A stretch of 63,424 nt of DNA, filler included, from Stramenopiles sp. TOSAG23-6 (taxonomy: Eukaryota): the NCBI GenBank assembly GCA_900128565.1. It is 9 parts of 9 records of this genome, joined end to end, with 100 filler letters (N's around TTAATTAATTAA, not from the genome) between each part and the next. Parts side by side here need not be neighbours in the genome. Positions count along the whole stretch, not along the records: positions 15,633 to 23,339 come from LT636530.1; positions 23,440 to 31,144 come from LT636531.1; positions 31,245 to 38,931 come from LT636532.1; 6 more parts are not named here. One strand, given 5' to 3'. Under the pieces are notes generated by a model. The model did not search any database and was not told the DNA's origin. It worked only from the letters and a program-made list of their open reading frames with translations. Positions 21,101 through 32,145 of this stretch are shown piece by piece. The number at the start of each line of letters is the position of its first letter. Within the stretch, counting starts at the first letter, position 1. Both the position numbers and the translations under genes were made by a program.

Positions 21101-23338
21101 TCCTATTTGTGTCAAAAATACATCAATACGCTTACGCTGCCGGGCTAATTCGGCCACAAGTGAAGTACATTTCCCCTCAGATACCACACGAGAGGCTTCT
21201 GCCTCAGTTACACTATCTTGAAGTATGATATTTTTTGACCGAAACATTGCAATTTCAGCCTGATGACTTTTAATTATAGCTTCCAATTTTTTCTTCTGAT
21301 TACTTGCTCGAGCACGACGTATTTCCAATTCTTTCTCAAATTCCAATGTGTTGGTTGCTGATAAATCTGATGCGTTTTGTATTTCTCGTTTCAATTCTTC
21401 ACACTCATTTTTTCTCTGATCACACTCGATTGTCTTTGTTCGCAGATGAACCCTTATTTCTTCAATTCTATGCCGCTGTCGTTGAAGTTCATGAAAATTT
21501 GATGAATAAAGGTTTTGTGTACCATCCAAGGAAGATACAGGTAATGTATTTTCCAAATTCGATTGTGGTTTGTGGTTAGTATTTTTTTGTATTTCACTCA
21601 ACTTTGATTCCAACTCTACATTTTTAATTTTCATCAAACGAAGCTCTTCCATTTTTTCAGAGAATAATAACTTTTGTTCCATATTCCTATTTTCATATTT
21701 CAATGATGAAGATTCCAAACTTTCCTTCAGTTTTGAACTTAGTTTAAGGTCCATATCCTGCAAACTCTTCGCCAGCGCAGCTTCAGCTCTTATTTTCTCC
21801 TCTTTCAATGCTAGCCTATGTGTTTCCAATAATTGTTTTGTTTTATGTTTCAATGTATTTTTAGCTATTATTTCGTTGTTTTTCAATAATTGTGAAGATT
21901 CTGAAAGACGATCTTCAAACTCAATTGTAGATAAAGAATACTTTTCAGTAAATGCCTCACTAATACTCGAAATTTCTTCTTTGTTTGAATTAACAACTCT
22001 CGATAGTTCTTCTTCATAGGATGAGTGCACTTTAGAAAACTTTTCTTTTTCTTCCGTTAATTGCTTCAGAATTTCAATTCGACATTTATTTTCACATTTT
22101 TGAAGGCTTTCCTCAGATGATCTCTGTGCAAACTCCATACGAGATTTTATGTTTGCAACAGCTTCATTTTTTTCATTATCTTTTTTACTCATCATTTTAT
22201 GCTCCTTATTTATAGCGTTTACTTCATATAATTCGTATGCCTCCTCCACATTGTGCAATTTTTGTGTTATGAGAGAAACTTCAGTCTGTGAGAATTTAGC
22301 TTCATCTGTCACATGGGCAACTGCCGATTCAAGTTTTTTACGAGATAATAGAATAGAAGTATCATATTTTTGCTGCAGACTTTTGATATTACTGTTTAAA
22401 CGTTCCATGACATCATCGTTTTCATTACATTTACGTTGTAGAGACCGTAAACGTGATTTTGTTGAACTAACCTCGCGATGAGCAGCAGTGACATCGTTTT
22501 TCATCTTTTTATTCCGCATATTTAGTTCTTGTGTCTCTTTTCGATAAATTCCAGATAGTTCGCACATATCAACCTCTTTTGCCTTTGAAATCGATGCATT
22601 TTCTTCAATGAGTTTCATTTCTCGCTCTTTCGATTCAGCTAAAGCTTGTTCTACGCTTTGAAAAGACATCTCAAGCTTGGCATTTTCAGCTGCCACACGA
22701 GCTCTTTCGCGCTCGATAGGCTCCATAAGGAAAACTTTCTCGGCCGAAGCTCGTTGTTTCTGAGCACGAAGTAACGAGTGTAATAATTTGATTTCATCAT
22801 TAGCTTGTTTCAATTCTTCTACAGTACTCTGAATTATACTCGCACTTTGGCGCCTTTCTTCCACCAACATTGAGTTTTTTGCTGCTAAAGCCAAATTCGA
22901 CAAATGCAATTTTTGCTTCAAACTTGAAATAAGAGCACCAACACCAGCACGATGTACATAAGAATTATTCGTAATAGTTTGTGTAGATGCAGTACAAGCG
23001 ATAGACCTCGTGGACTTCCTGTAGTCTTGCATTTCATTCCTCTGAAGTTCTCTCTGAACGTGTGATTCATTAGAAGATGAGCTTATATTTTTATGTATGG
23101 CATTTGAATCATTAATACAGTTATTATGGGTATTTGTACATGACTGCTCTATTACTTCTTGATCAAACATCTGCATTGTGATACTTTGCCTTAGAGCTCT
23201 CTCGGCAGCTATGCGTTGCTCTCTCGCTTGTCTCAATGACAATATTTGTGGAGATATGTCATCGACAAAGTTAGCTATATCCTCTTGTGGAGATATGTCA
23301 TCGACAAAGTTAGCTATATCCTCTTGTGGAGATATGTC
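18143..23338 (-). CDS. Very long coiled-coil protein (5' truncated; frame stays open to the contig end)
   Basis: >1699 aa E/K/L/S-rich heptad pattern; upstream frame reads DISPQEDIANFVD repeats. Confidence 0.75.
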   Translation of the reverse strand, partial: DISPQEDIANFVDDISPQEDIANFVDDISPQILSLRQAREQRIAAERALRQSITMQMFDQEVIEQSCTNTHNNCINDSNAIHKNISSSSNESHVQRELQRNEMQDYRKSTRSIACTASTQTITNNSYVHRAGVGALISSLKQKLHLSNLALAAKNSMLVEERRQSASIIQSTVEELKQANDEIKLLHSLLRAQKQRASAEKVFLMEPIERERARVAAENAKLEMSFQSVEQALAESKEREMKLIEENASISKAKEVDMCELSGIYRKETQELNMRNKKMKNDVTAAHREVSSTKSRLRSLQRKCNENDDVMERLNSNIKSLQQKYDTSILLSRKKLESAVAHVTDEAKFSQTEVSLITQKLHNVEEAYELYEVNAINKEHKMMSKKDNEKNEAVANIKSRMEFAQRSSEESLQKCENKCRIEILKQLTEEKEKFSKVHSSYEEELSRVVNSNKEEISSISEAFTEKYSLSTIEFEDRLSESSQLLKNNEIIAKNTLKHKTKQLLETHRLALKEEKIRAEAALAKSLQDMDLKLSSKLKESLESSSLKYENRNMEQKLLFSEKMEELRLMKIKNVELESKLSEIQKNTNHKPQSNLENTLPVSSLDGTQNLYSSNFHELQRQRHRIEEIRVHLRTKTIECDQRKNECEELKREIQNASDLSATNTLEFEKELEIRRARASNQKKKLEAIIKSHQAEIAMFRSKNIILQDSVTEAEASRVVSEGKCTSLVAELARQRKRIDVFLTQIGSYKSECHSNEMKLRELQDVVDDTKVVLTEKESKINVLQQDINRLRVRHEQQQLKIANDLRKDSKFVKMQLQGEMKDLAVHNADVDRLRREFELQKSVNVELSECQLKDKESIRLHVDRIKELQNKLQIADHEQTLAKSRLEELRNLARTAQSRLAITITEKESEETEVRHLQSTIATLNKKLKDFNKERQEIESSHKSEISRLNEEISKIKQNLCVENDTKFEDRIESLHKKITELENYSTCIKTRAERRESELCHVHVQEIEHLKESHESEVKRMLQDASKQRESALNELASVQKNALAKAMQDFEEKSAASHNKTLRIELDRAVKDAKHWQSEYKRLTDQYKNNEVKCKELEASLVLKKKDLEQLRISVSQHRMYPKENYDAQIASLEKIHIDFVENLRKQHEGELCSLRESIHKLESQYFQHEEQQFIALQEAQTASVTVQHNADAAQSNATDLEQKIRVMELQYSESTEHHLGELEEARVKLTQKLETVQNNADVVQKRYEISQSRTAALEKKMKAMESQYDECAEHHLLVLQEARDISAGKLATTKRSVEVAQNQVLLLEGELEKQKIQYSESSEHQLKAIQDLILCEKKQKDEVHHQEISTLKLRHEHELASLASKNALKIDEKIVEFQIHYNQVTSSLKQKNASDRELNYSNQTKLVKKLNKVKEEYVESAILAATAELIAKHETELSKAKLDMESKKNEYVALRIKELKTKHDTELAEVAIAVKTLKEKKEEFITAMAQKLSAKHEAELCEVSFAVKAMEVKHNAEIVRVKEEAVKFCEIEQKKFTEMRQKDQDAFASQLARLTETAEDAVSKLAQKHEEELAVIQEHASKMKNEFVKKKTAELELTLERERSAHKTHILNAVKESKDHHEAILRHHLVKASIKNDDIDIKEVPVQANVSTKKLQTIDLSHNSENPSYTVKYRKNIAPNKQSLVGITFDHHDNIFKKINDLKDKTIQQTQLRLTGTKTLPNGDILFG

Positions 23339-23339
23339 A
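23248..23339 (-). repeat. 39-bp coding tandem repeat at contig end
   Basis: TGTGGAGATATGTCATCGACAAAGTTAGCTATATCCTCT; one more unit here than in the duplicate contigs. Confidence 0.85.
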
Positions 23340-23439
23340 NNNNNNNNNNNNNNNNNNNNNNNNNNNNNNNNNNNNNNNNNNNNTTAATTAATTAANNNNN
23401 NNNNNNNNNNNNNNNNNNNNNNNNNNNNNNNNNNNNNNN

Positions 23440-23494
23440 CGTACGAAATTTTGTACCTAACGAATTTTTTTTGAAATATTTTTCCAAAATACAT
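23440..23494 (+). mobile_element. Introner 3' half (AT end), truncated by gap
   Basis: CGTACGAAATTTTGTACCTAAC...TTTTTCCAAAATACAT. Confidence 0.8.
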
Positions 23495-24558
23495 GTATGA
23501 TTTATCAGGGAGGTGTACGTGTGGAAATAAATGCTCCACTAAAAGGAGGTAAAATGTCTATAAAAACTGTTGAAAGAAAACAAAAGAAGGAATGTATTAC
23601 ATTTAAAACATCCGTATCTGGACCTGGAATGTATGATCTTCGATTCTCGACGGCTACAGAAAATCCTATAAAGAATCAAAATGAGTATAGACGTTGGGCA
23701 GAGCTTGCTCTTCAAGCGTCTCAAGTTTCGACACTTTCTAATGTACACGCGATTCTTGCTGGTTGTCGACTAGACTTGCGATTAAATCCATCATATCCTG
23801 CTCCTGTGACACTTTATATTGATGAAATATCATCAGGAACAGGTGCAATTCATGAATCTGATCCGGTTGTAGAGATTGCAAAGAACAACGAAAATATACT
23901 ACCTCAATATATAGCTAAACAAATTGAATGGTTTGCTCACCATGGAGATAAAGGTGTAGGAATAGGCGGTAGTATTGTTCAAGTTAAAGGTAGTTCACAA
24001 GATTTACAAACTCTACAAACAGCAAAACTTCCTATTTGTTGTGCTGCTGGATCAATTAAAATTGAAGACAAAGATGGAAAAGATATGACGTGGCATTTTC
24101 CTGCTTGTAGATATTTCGGTTTTGTAGATAGAGATAAGGTAATCCCACATGCAAAATTTCCACTACGTGTGTCGCTTGCTAAAAATGCTAAAGAGTTACC
24201 CATTACTGTGCGCGAAAAGTGCCGAACAAGTTTTAACCATGAAAACAAATGGCAGTTTGATTTAACTCGCACACGTCAAGCTGATACTGTGACTTCGCTT
24301 GCTACTGCAGACTGGGTGTACGAAGTTGAATTTGAATATACGAAAATACCAAGTACAAATGATAAATCAGGTTTGTTGAAAGAAGCGACATATCGTGTAA
24401 TCAAAGAAGTTATAAACACATTTTTTCATGCTTTTTATCGCCCTCCACCTGCTACGAGTAAGTTTGCCAGACCAACACCTTTAGCACCACCACCATCACG
24501 AACAAAACAAATAAATGATAAAAATGGAAAAAGAAAGAAACGACAAAAGCTTTCTTAA
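23495..24558 (+). CDS. Cet1-like triphosphate tunnel metalloenzyme (mRNA 5'-triphosphatase), 5' truncated
   Basis: YDLRFSTATE, REKCRTSF, WQFDLT, YEVEFE motifs. Confidence 0.7.
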
Positions 24559-24675
24559 AGTACATCGAAATACACCAAAAAAAGTAAAAAATAAAGTAAA
24601 CTCTGATTATTTCCACATTTAAATGATATTATAACGTATTTTTTAGTTAAGATATATTTTTCTCTTTTCAATTAT

Positions 24676-25195
24676 CTACTTCTCGTCTATATTTGGGTTT
24701 TGAATGACAATAAGTGTGTATTCTTTATCTGGTGCAATCAACATTTCGTATTTTTTTGAACGGACGCGAAGAAATGATAAATCATTTGTTGGGTCGAGAG
24801 TGCGAACCATACTACGTGCCTTAATTGATAACTATTATTTTATGGATATATATATAAATATACATTGTGAGATATAGTTCTAAATAGAGTTTTAAATATA
24901 CAGTTCTACAAAATCAGGATTCAAATGAAATAGCGCAAATAGTAGAAGAAAAAAAGTGAATGGAGAAACGAATTTTTACTGGAAAAATTAAAAAAATATT
25001 GATAAAGGGAAGCTATAAAGGATAAAAAACTGAAAAAGAACAACCTACCTGAGATATTAACGCGGCGTGTTGTTCTGTTTCTTGAGGACCAAGTGTTGAC
25101 TTTAGTGTTGTTCCATCATTGCTGATAATGAGTACACCTTCAACGCCACGATGCGACTGAATTCGTTTCAAAGTTTCTTCGACTTCGGATGACAT
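24676..25195 (-). CDS. DYNLRB: Dynein light chain roadblock; canonical GT-AG intron 25048-24832
   Basis: [17 protein letters not shown]...[41 protein letters not shown]. Confidence 0.93.
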
Positions 25196-25313
25196 AGTAC
25201 AATTTATCAGCTCTTTCTATCCTTGAGAAGTTATTATGAGTATAGGTATTCTTCGTGAATCAGTGACAGATATATTATTATCTATGTGAGAGCTTTCGTT
25301 TCCAGGGTGAGAT

Positions 25314-25352
25314 TGAGAGAGAGAGAGAGAGAGACTCTCTTGGAGAGAGAGA
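25314..25352. repeat. (GA)n tract in a divergent intergenic region
   Basis: GAGAGA runs between roadblock and kinase 5' ends. Confidence 0.7.
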
Positions 25353-25592
25353 AAAAACAATCAATCGGTTACATTTTTATGCCCGAAAGCAGGTTTGTCA
25401 ATTTTTTCTAAAAAACTCGCGCCATTTTGACGTTTTAAAAAAACAGCGGATGCAAGTTGGAACTCGCTACTCGCATCTCTCTCTGTCGCCTTTGAAATTC
25501 AAAAAGTTTAATATTGTCGCTCTTTGTAATCCTGGTACTTTCCTTATTACTTGCCCCGCATTTTCAAGGGAAAGTATTACCGCATCTACGTC

Positions 25593-27219
25593 ATGTTTTC
25601 AAGAAGCGCAAGCTTAATACGAGAGAAGGAAGTTTCTACATTTTTCGAAATTCCTTTGAGAAAGCATGTAGTGGCCACACTCAACTCATGGTTAGGTCAA
25701 GTTTCTGTTCCAAAAGGTAAAGAAAAAAGATGGAAGTATGCTCCTCACTTATCTCACAAGGATACACAACTAACCAAATCTTTAACTAAAGTCTCCAATG
25801 TAGACGACATCATCGCTTTAAGAGAAGCGAATCGTCCATATTCTACGTTTTTGAATAGTGTCTCAAACAGGAATTCGGTAAGAGCGTTACCATGGTTTCT
25901 AAAAGAAAGCAAAAATACAGACGCACGGAAGAGGTCTGCTCAAAATCGACAAAGTTCTTCTGCGTCAGTTAGTAAAGTTCCCCGAAGTTCTGGTAATTTA
26001 GAAGAGATTTCTGGGTTGTTCAAAAAAATGGCGGATCAATCGAATGCTAGCGTAGTACCAGAGTTATATGGAATAAATATCGATGTGCGCGATCATTTTG
26101 AAATTTTAGAAGAAGTAGGTCGCGGTTCATTTGGTGTTGTACGTGCTGCAGTCGTGCGAAACTGTAACACTGAGTATGCGATAAAAACTGTTTCTAATGG
26201 TTCCATAGAGAAACAAGAAGTTAACATGATGTCTCTTGTAATGGACGGTGGACTCTGTCCGCATGTATGTTTTTTTTTTTTATTTTATTTTGTTTTCATA
26301 CGAAATTTCGTACCTAACGATTTTTTTAGTACATTTTTTTTTACAATACATGTTAGTAAAGTAATAGCGGTATATGAGGAATCTGATAGATTACACATTG
26401 TAACAGATCTTCATAAAGGTGGTGATTTATTTGATCATATTTTGAAGCATGATGAGGAATCTTCAATGGGAATTAATGAAGAATGTGCAAAATCCTTAAT
26501 TTTGCAGATACTGAAAGCTGTGCAACATTGTCATCGTTCTGGAGTTGCCCATTTAGACTTAAAACCAGAAAATTTTATGCTAAGTCAGAAATCGTCACTC
26601 AACTATTTACCTAAAATTTCACTCATAGACTTTGGAATGGCTCATGGCTTTCCCTATACAAATGAAGGAAGTGAACAACGTTTAGCGATAAATAGGAGAT
26701 TGTACGTTTTCCACTTTAATTTTGAATTGTTTTTTAATAGTAAATTTCGTACCTAACGATTTTTTTTCTGTGGCATATTTTTCTACAATACTGATATAAA
26801 CTGAATAGACCAACAGGATCGGTTGCATATTGCGCACCCGAAGCATTAGATGGATATTTTTCTCCCTCCTCAGATATGTGGAGCCTAGGAGTAATGTACG
26901 TTTTCCTGATAACTTTAAAATTTATAATTTTTTTCATACGATATTTTGTACCTGACAAATGTTTTTACTAAAAAAAAATATATTTTCACAATACATGGCA
27001 TATGTCATAATGACTGGACATTCACCATGGTCACACGCTAGTGAAGTGTGTCAGATGAAGGATATATTCCGAGGTAGAATAAACCGTGATAGTTATGCAT
27101 GGAAATCACTGAGCCGCGAGGCAAAGCATTTTATAGATTCTTTGGTTGTCACTGACATTTCAAAACGACTCACTATCAGTGAAGCATTACAACACGATTA
27201 CATCAAGGAAGCATTATAA
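25593..27219 (+). CDS. CAMK-group Ser/Thr kinase with three introner introns (start uncertain)
   Basis: VGRGSFGVV, YAIK, HLDLKPENF, DFG, GSVAYCAPE, SDMWSLGVM|AYVIMTG, KRLTISEALQH. Confidence 0.88.
26265..26351 (+). mobile_element. GT-AT introner (87 nt, in frame, no stop)
   Basis: CAT|GTATGTTTT...CATACGAAATTTCGTACCTAAC...TACAATACAT|GTT; restores CPHVSKV. Confidence 0.85.
26702..26793 (+). mobile_element. Introner; acceptor either TG (26793) or an in-frame AG (26808)
   Basis: TT|GTACGTTTTC...TTCGTACCTAAC...TACAATACTG|A TAT AAA. Confidence 0.7.
26896..26996 (+). mobile_element. GT-AT introner (101 nt)
   Basis: GTA AT|GTACGTTTTC...GTACCTGAC...CACAATACAT|G GCA; the next AG lies beyond the conserved alphaF segment. 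Confidence 0.9.
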
Positions 27220-27344
27220 CACGATTACATCAAGGGTTTCTGAAGAGAGACCATAACTTCAATATGTTTAATTCATGTTAAATTTTGATTATATAATAAA
27301 AGTGTTGGAGTTTACTGTTTATTGTCATACTAATACAAGTCGTT

Positions 27345-27710
27345 TTAACTTTTTAAACTATTCATAAATTTCGCCAACTTGATGTCTTTTTCAGAGACAC
27401 CACCTGACTCTCCAGCATCATGAGTAGTGAGAACGACATCAACGCGATTGTATACATTAAACCACTCTGGATGGTGATCCATCTCTTCTGCTTTTAAAGC
27501 AACATCAGACATAAAAGACCATGCTTTAGCAAAGTCATCAAAATTAAAAGTTTTACTAATAGCATCACGTGACTCGACTTCCTTCCATCCAATCAACTCA
27601 GCAACTGCTGTTGTTCTATCATTTCCGCAAAGAAGAGCAGGCTTTGAATAGGATCGATGCAAAATATTTCTAATCAATCTCAATGATGTGGTACGTTGTA
27701 TGAAATTCAT
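27345..27710 (-). CDS. PCBD: Pterin-4-alpha-carbinolamine dehydratase with likely mitochondrial presequence
   Basis: [36 protein letters not shown]. Confidence 0.93.
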   Translation of the reverse strand: MNFIQRTTSLRLIRNILHRSYSKPALLCGNDRTTAVAELIGWKEVESRDAISKTFNFDDFAKAWSFMSDVALKAEEMDHHPEWFNVYNRVDVVLTTHDAGESGGVSEKDIKLAKFMNSLKS

Positions 27711-28068
27711 CGCACAAAATCAAAGAAAGAATCAAAGAAATTTCAAATTCTCTTTCTTTGTTTTTCAGAAACTTTCTGTTTGGTTTTCTTTTTGTTTGAT
27801 ATCGTCATCGATCTAGAATTTTGACCCTCGAATTTATGGGAACCGGGTATTTATTGTAGAGGAGCGGTCGTGGTATTTTTCAAATTCAATTCCAATTTGA
27901 AATTCTTCTTCTTCAATATAGTAACTCTGATTTGATTTTATTTAACACAAGCAAAGCGGTACCAGTAGTGTGTGGCGCATGAATTTGAGATTTGAGTCAG
28001 TTCGATAGATAAATTTGGCTACTTTTCACTTGAAGTAGAACAACTGAAAGAAATCAAAATTGACTCTA

Positions 28069-28730
28069 ATGAGACCCTTAATTTTGATCATTACATTTCT
28101 TTTCCTTTCTCGTGTAGAAGATTCAAACGGTATGCTATATTTTTTGAAAATCTTACTTTCATTTTCCCATCTAAAAGTTGATATCAATCATTTATATTCA
28201 GCCATAACTCATTCTTACATTAGTTCATTATACAATAAAATACAGGTTTGGAAAAGCGTGTAAATATGAAACAAACTAGCGGAAATGCTCCAGAAGGAAA
28301 GGCACTTCAACCCTCAAACGACGGATCACCATCATTTTTTCAAAAGATAAAGTCTGTGTTTGCTGGAAAGCCCTCCAAAAGTCCTGCCAGTGAAAAAAAA
28401 GAAGAAAGAAAAAAAGAAGCAGAAAATATAGAAAAGGGAAAAGAGAAGGTCGTTGGACTTGAAGTTTCAGCCAAAAAAGCTGCGGCTGGAGTTGCCGTAG
28501 ATGCAGAAGCTAAAAGTAAAAAAGAAGATGAGTTATATTTTGCTAAACAAATGAAAATTATTAGACAGGAAAAAGATACTTGTACGTCAACGTGTAGCCA
28601 AAAATGCGATGATCCGAAAGGATTTTTAAAAACATCAAGCAAAAAAAGCAATACAACATCGAATTTCAGTAACATTTTTTTGAGTCTGTTTTTCGTTTCA
28701 GGGATACATATATACCATTACAACGACTAA
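28069..28730 (+). CDS. Putative secreted/anchored protein; canonical GT-AG intron 28130-28245
   Basis: Signal-like MRPLILIITFLFL; AAC G|GTATG...AATACAG|GT TTG joins two ORFs; hydrophobic C-terminus. Confidence 0.6.
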
Positions 28731-28865
28731 ATATCACAGAATATACATCAAAAGTTAATAACACAATAAATGCATAATGTAGAATCCGACAACAATTGTT
28801 TATCACTTTTTTTTTACCATGATAAAATTCTCAACGTGACTCACAACTGCAGCACAACTATCTAT

Positions 28866-30068
28866 TTATGTCAATGCTATAACATTGTGATTAAGGCTAG
28901 GCTGTATCAAAAAAACAATACATACACTAAAAAATACAAAAAACATGATATTTTGTAACCACACAGAAGAATAAAAATTACGAGTTGTAGATCTTAGCTG
29001 TGTAGGTGACCCAGGTGTACCAAAAGATTTCAAAGGTGTTTTTCGTTCTAATAAGTAACGAAAAGCTTTAATTTCAGATTCAATGCGTTCTGCAGAAAGA
29101 TCTTTTTTTCTCATTTTTTCACGTTCTGACGCTTCAAATGTTTTCCCATCTAGGATTGGTGAGAGTGACTCCCGAAAACGGCGCTTTTCTCGTTGAATAT
29201 GTGTGACTTCCGCATTTGTAAGTTCCCGTTCAGCTTGAAGAATTTGATGAATATTTTCTCGTTCAGATTGTTTTTTGTCTTCTTCGGTCTTGAAATGAAG
29301 CGACACAGGGTTTCCTTCTAAACTTACTTGTTTGATCCATGCCGCTGGTAACTCAAAGCGTAAGATACAAACTGGAATGGAGACTGAAAATTTTCTTTGA
29401 ATTTCTTTAGCAAAAATTCTCAGGGACTCTTCACTCGTCTTTTCTTCAGTGGATACGCTACTATCTGGGATTACAACAATCGCATATGCATCCAATTTTC
29501 CCGCCATTTGTACCTTCAATGAAAAGTCGTTGTAGTCTGTCACATTAATAAGGACAATCATATCTTTTAAGTCTGGAAGTCCACTATCACGATATTGATT
29601 TGCAAAAACTTCAGCACTGACCTTTTCGTCGGCATAAATCTCAGAAAGGTCGACAACATAGTGGAAATTATGTTCGGCCAAAGAAAGATCTAATGAAGGT
29701 TTGTCCCAAATAGGAATATCTTTTTCAGTAGGAACTACAAAGCATGGATATTGACCCTCGTAATGAAATTCGGGCTCGGGTGGTGAAATTACCCCTCGGA
29801 AAATAGTGAGAAAAGCATGCCCAAAATCATCATTTTTCTTCCATGTTGTTGAGGGTTGTGATATTGCCTTCTGCACTTCTTCTTGTGATGTTGGTCGTGG
29901 TTGTGTACCCGCGGCACCCGCATTGCCTGAAGGAAGAGTTAACGAAGTAGAATTCACTGGCGGAGGCGCGGTGGACGACGACAGAGTGGACGACCCAGAC
30001 CCTCCCACTGTCTCGCTAACGTAGAGTAGGAATATAAAAATTGAATAACCATTGCTTAATCCAAACAT
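28866..30068 (-). CDS. Signal-peptide protein with a PA-like domain
   Basis: Hydrophobic N-terminus; LKDMIVLI...FSLKVQMAGKLDAYAIVV...VSIPVCIL. Confidence 0.55.
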   Translation of the reverse strand: MFGLSNGYSIFIFLLYVSETVGGSGSSTLSSSTAPPPVNSTSLTLPSGNAGAAGTQPRPTSQEEVQKAISQPSTTWKKNDDFGHAFLTIFRGVISPPEPEFHYEGQYPCFVVPTEKDIPIWDKPSLDLSLAEHNFHYVVDLSEIYADEKVSAEVFANQYRDSGLPDLKDMIVLINVTDYNDFSLKVQMAGKLDAYAIVVIPDSSVSTEEKTSEESLRIFAKEIQRKFSVSIPVCILRFELPAAWIKQVSLEGNPVSLHFKTEEDKKQSERENIHQILQAERELTNAEVTHIQREKRRFRESLSPILDGKTFEASEREKMRKKDLSAERIESEIKAFRYLLERKTPLKSFGTPGSPTQLRSTTRNFYSSVWLQNIMFFVFFSVCIVFLIQPSLNHNVIALT

Positions 30069-30352
30069 TTTCTGGGCTCTAATGAAATACTTAAGGTATT
30101 GGTACAGTATACAGCTTTTCGCTATTACCCTTGTTGCGACTCAAATGCGGCCAGACACGCGGCGGCTAATGGTTATATGACCAATCCTTTATGACCGTTA
30201 TAAATCAACGTTGTTTATTGACAACGACACGAAATCAATCCGAAAATTGGAAGACAAATTTCAAAACTTTCAACCTCACGTTTTTCCGGTTTGCTGTTTG
30301 TTTTTGAAATTTAACTTTCGAAATCTCAAGTCTCAACAATCTATCGGATAAA

Positions 30353-31144
30353 ATGATGATGCGATACATAGCATTTATGGCATATCTTTCTTTGGCATCG
30401 ACAGAGACACCAAATCAAGCGACAACCCCAGTACAATTAAATGTCACGAAAACATCGTCAAATGTAGGAGCTAAAAAAGACAAAAATAAACAAGGAAATG
30501 AAAAACAAGTAGGGGCACCAAGTAAACCAGAAAAGAAAAGCAAAGATGGATCTTTGCCACAGGTATCAACAGGAGTAGTTGCAGCAGTAGAATCGCCAAC
30601 GAAACAAGGAGTGAATGATCCATATGCTGATGCAAGTAATCAAAGTATCCAAGCTATAACTAAACAACAACAAGCAGCACAAACAGAAATGGAAAAAAGA
30701 GAAGGGCAAATTACGATAAAACAGCAGCAGAGTATAGATCAGAAGGTCAAAGAAAAATCAGATCATGACAAATTATGTATGAGTTGTATGGCAGACTGTG
30801 AGGATAACTACCAGATTCAATTAAAAGAGATTGAACTTCATATAGCAGACCACCAAAAAAAGACAAAAGTTCAAATGTTACAAAATTTGGAAGAGGATAA
30901 GAAAAAAGCTGAAACAGATCTTACGAGTCAAATTGCAACCCAAACTGCGTCGATAATAAATAGTGCAACTCAAGAAGCATTGGATGCAGTAGAAGCGAAA
31001 GAAGCTAAAAAAGATGATGAAGAAAATGATAGTACCCCTGACGCAGAAGAAATGAAAACGAAGAGCCCTGTTAAAATAAAGAAGGCTGCCGAAGTTGCAA
31101 GCAAAAAAATCGGGCAGGGTGTCGACAAAATGATAACTAATGTT
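30353..31144 (+). CDS. Secreted coiled-coil protein, 3' truncated
   Basis: Signal-like start, CMSCMADC, frame open to gap. Confidence 0.55.
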
Positions 31145-31244
31145 NNNNNNNNNNNNNNNNNNNNNNNNNNNNNNNNNNNNNNNNNNNNTTAATTAATTAA
31201 NNNNNNNNNNNNNNNNNNNNNNNNNNNNNNNNNNNNNNNNNNNN

Positions 31245-31342
31245 AAATATTTTTTGGGAAAAAATATTTCAAAAAAAAAATCGTTAGGTATAAAATTTCG
31301 TATGAAAAATAATCAAATTCGAAAATCATGATGAAAACGAAC
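31245..31342 (-). mobile_element. Introner, 3' end at gap
   Basis: CAT AT|GTTCGTTTTC...CATACGAAATTTTATACCTAAC. Confidence 0.75.
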
Positions 31343-31893
31343 ATATGGCAAAGAAGTACACAAGAAGCTACCCAGACTCCAGAAACAACTGCATTGAACA
31401 TTGAATAGTAACAAATAGTTTTGCTTGGATTGAATAAGGCTGATATGTATGGATCGCAATTATTCGGAGAAATTATATCTTCTCCTCTGTTAATTAAAAT
31501 AAGAGCAACTAAAAATATAGAAAATATCGTTGACGTATTAAAAATATATTCTGTTAACAGTTTGCGTATACTCTGAGATGAATGTCCCCGTAGATAAATT
31601 TCACGTCTATTTGGTTGAGCCATGATAGTAATACTAGTAAACATTAGCCAAGTGATAGATATAATCAATGTCCAAATTAGTACGAGGACAACCATCGTCA
31701 AGAACAAAAAGTTGAACAAAGTATAGTAGCAGCCATGTCCTTTGAAAAGAGCCGAAACACTTTCTGTACACAGTTCAGGCGCGTTATCAGCGTATGAAGG
31801 TGCTAAGGCGTACATCGCAATTCCAATACAGACACATAGGATTAATGTAATCAGCGCTTGTGTGCGTATAATAGACCATGATAAAGAGCACAT
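31343..31893 (-). CDS. Multi-pass membrane protein, first exon
   Basis: Four hydrophobic segments in two similar halves; ends at an introner donor. Confidence 0.6.
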
Positions 31894-32145
31894 AATATGT
31901 TTTGTGTTTGTGAATTATTGAGAATTTTGATTGGTTTGAGATCAATGGCCAGTGCGCGCGAGTGGCCTTTTTTTTCTCTCGCGCAACATCAAAAGGAAAA
32001 CGAATAATTCCCGATTTTTGCGACGTTAAATCTTCGTTAAATCTCCGGTAAACGAGGTAGATCTTTTCGATCTTGTCGCTCTACACCGTACAAGTTTATC
32101 TACAGGTAAAATTTGAACTGAGATCACGGAAGTGGCAGTATAGAG

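Noticed and set aside
18750-22481. Short + strand ORFs inside the coiled-coil gene, and similar antisense ORFs elsewhere
   Set aside because: Shadow ORFs of real genes with no independent motifs.
23495-24558. Viral origin of the RNA triphosphatase
   Set aside because: Cet1-type enzymes are normal in fungi and many protists; the gene carries a host-type intron and lies among housekeeping genes.
26263-26349. Reading the elements as U12-type AT-AC introns
   Set aside because: The 5' end lacks ATATCCTT, GTAYGT fits a U2-type donor, several copies lack AT upstream or AC downstream, and asymmetric copies favour the GT register.
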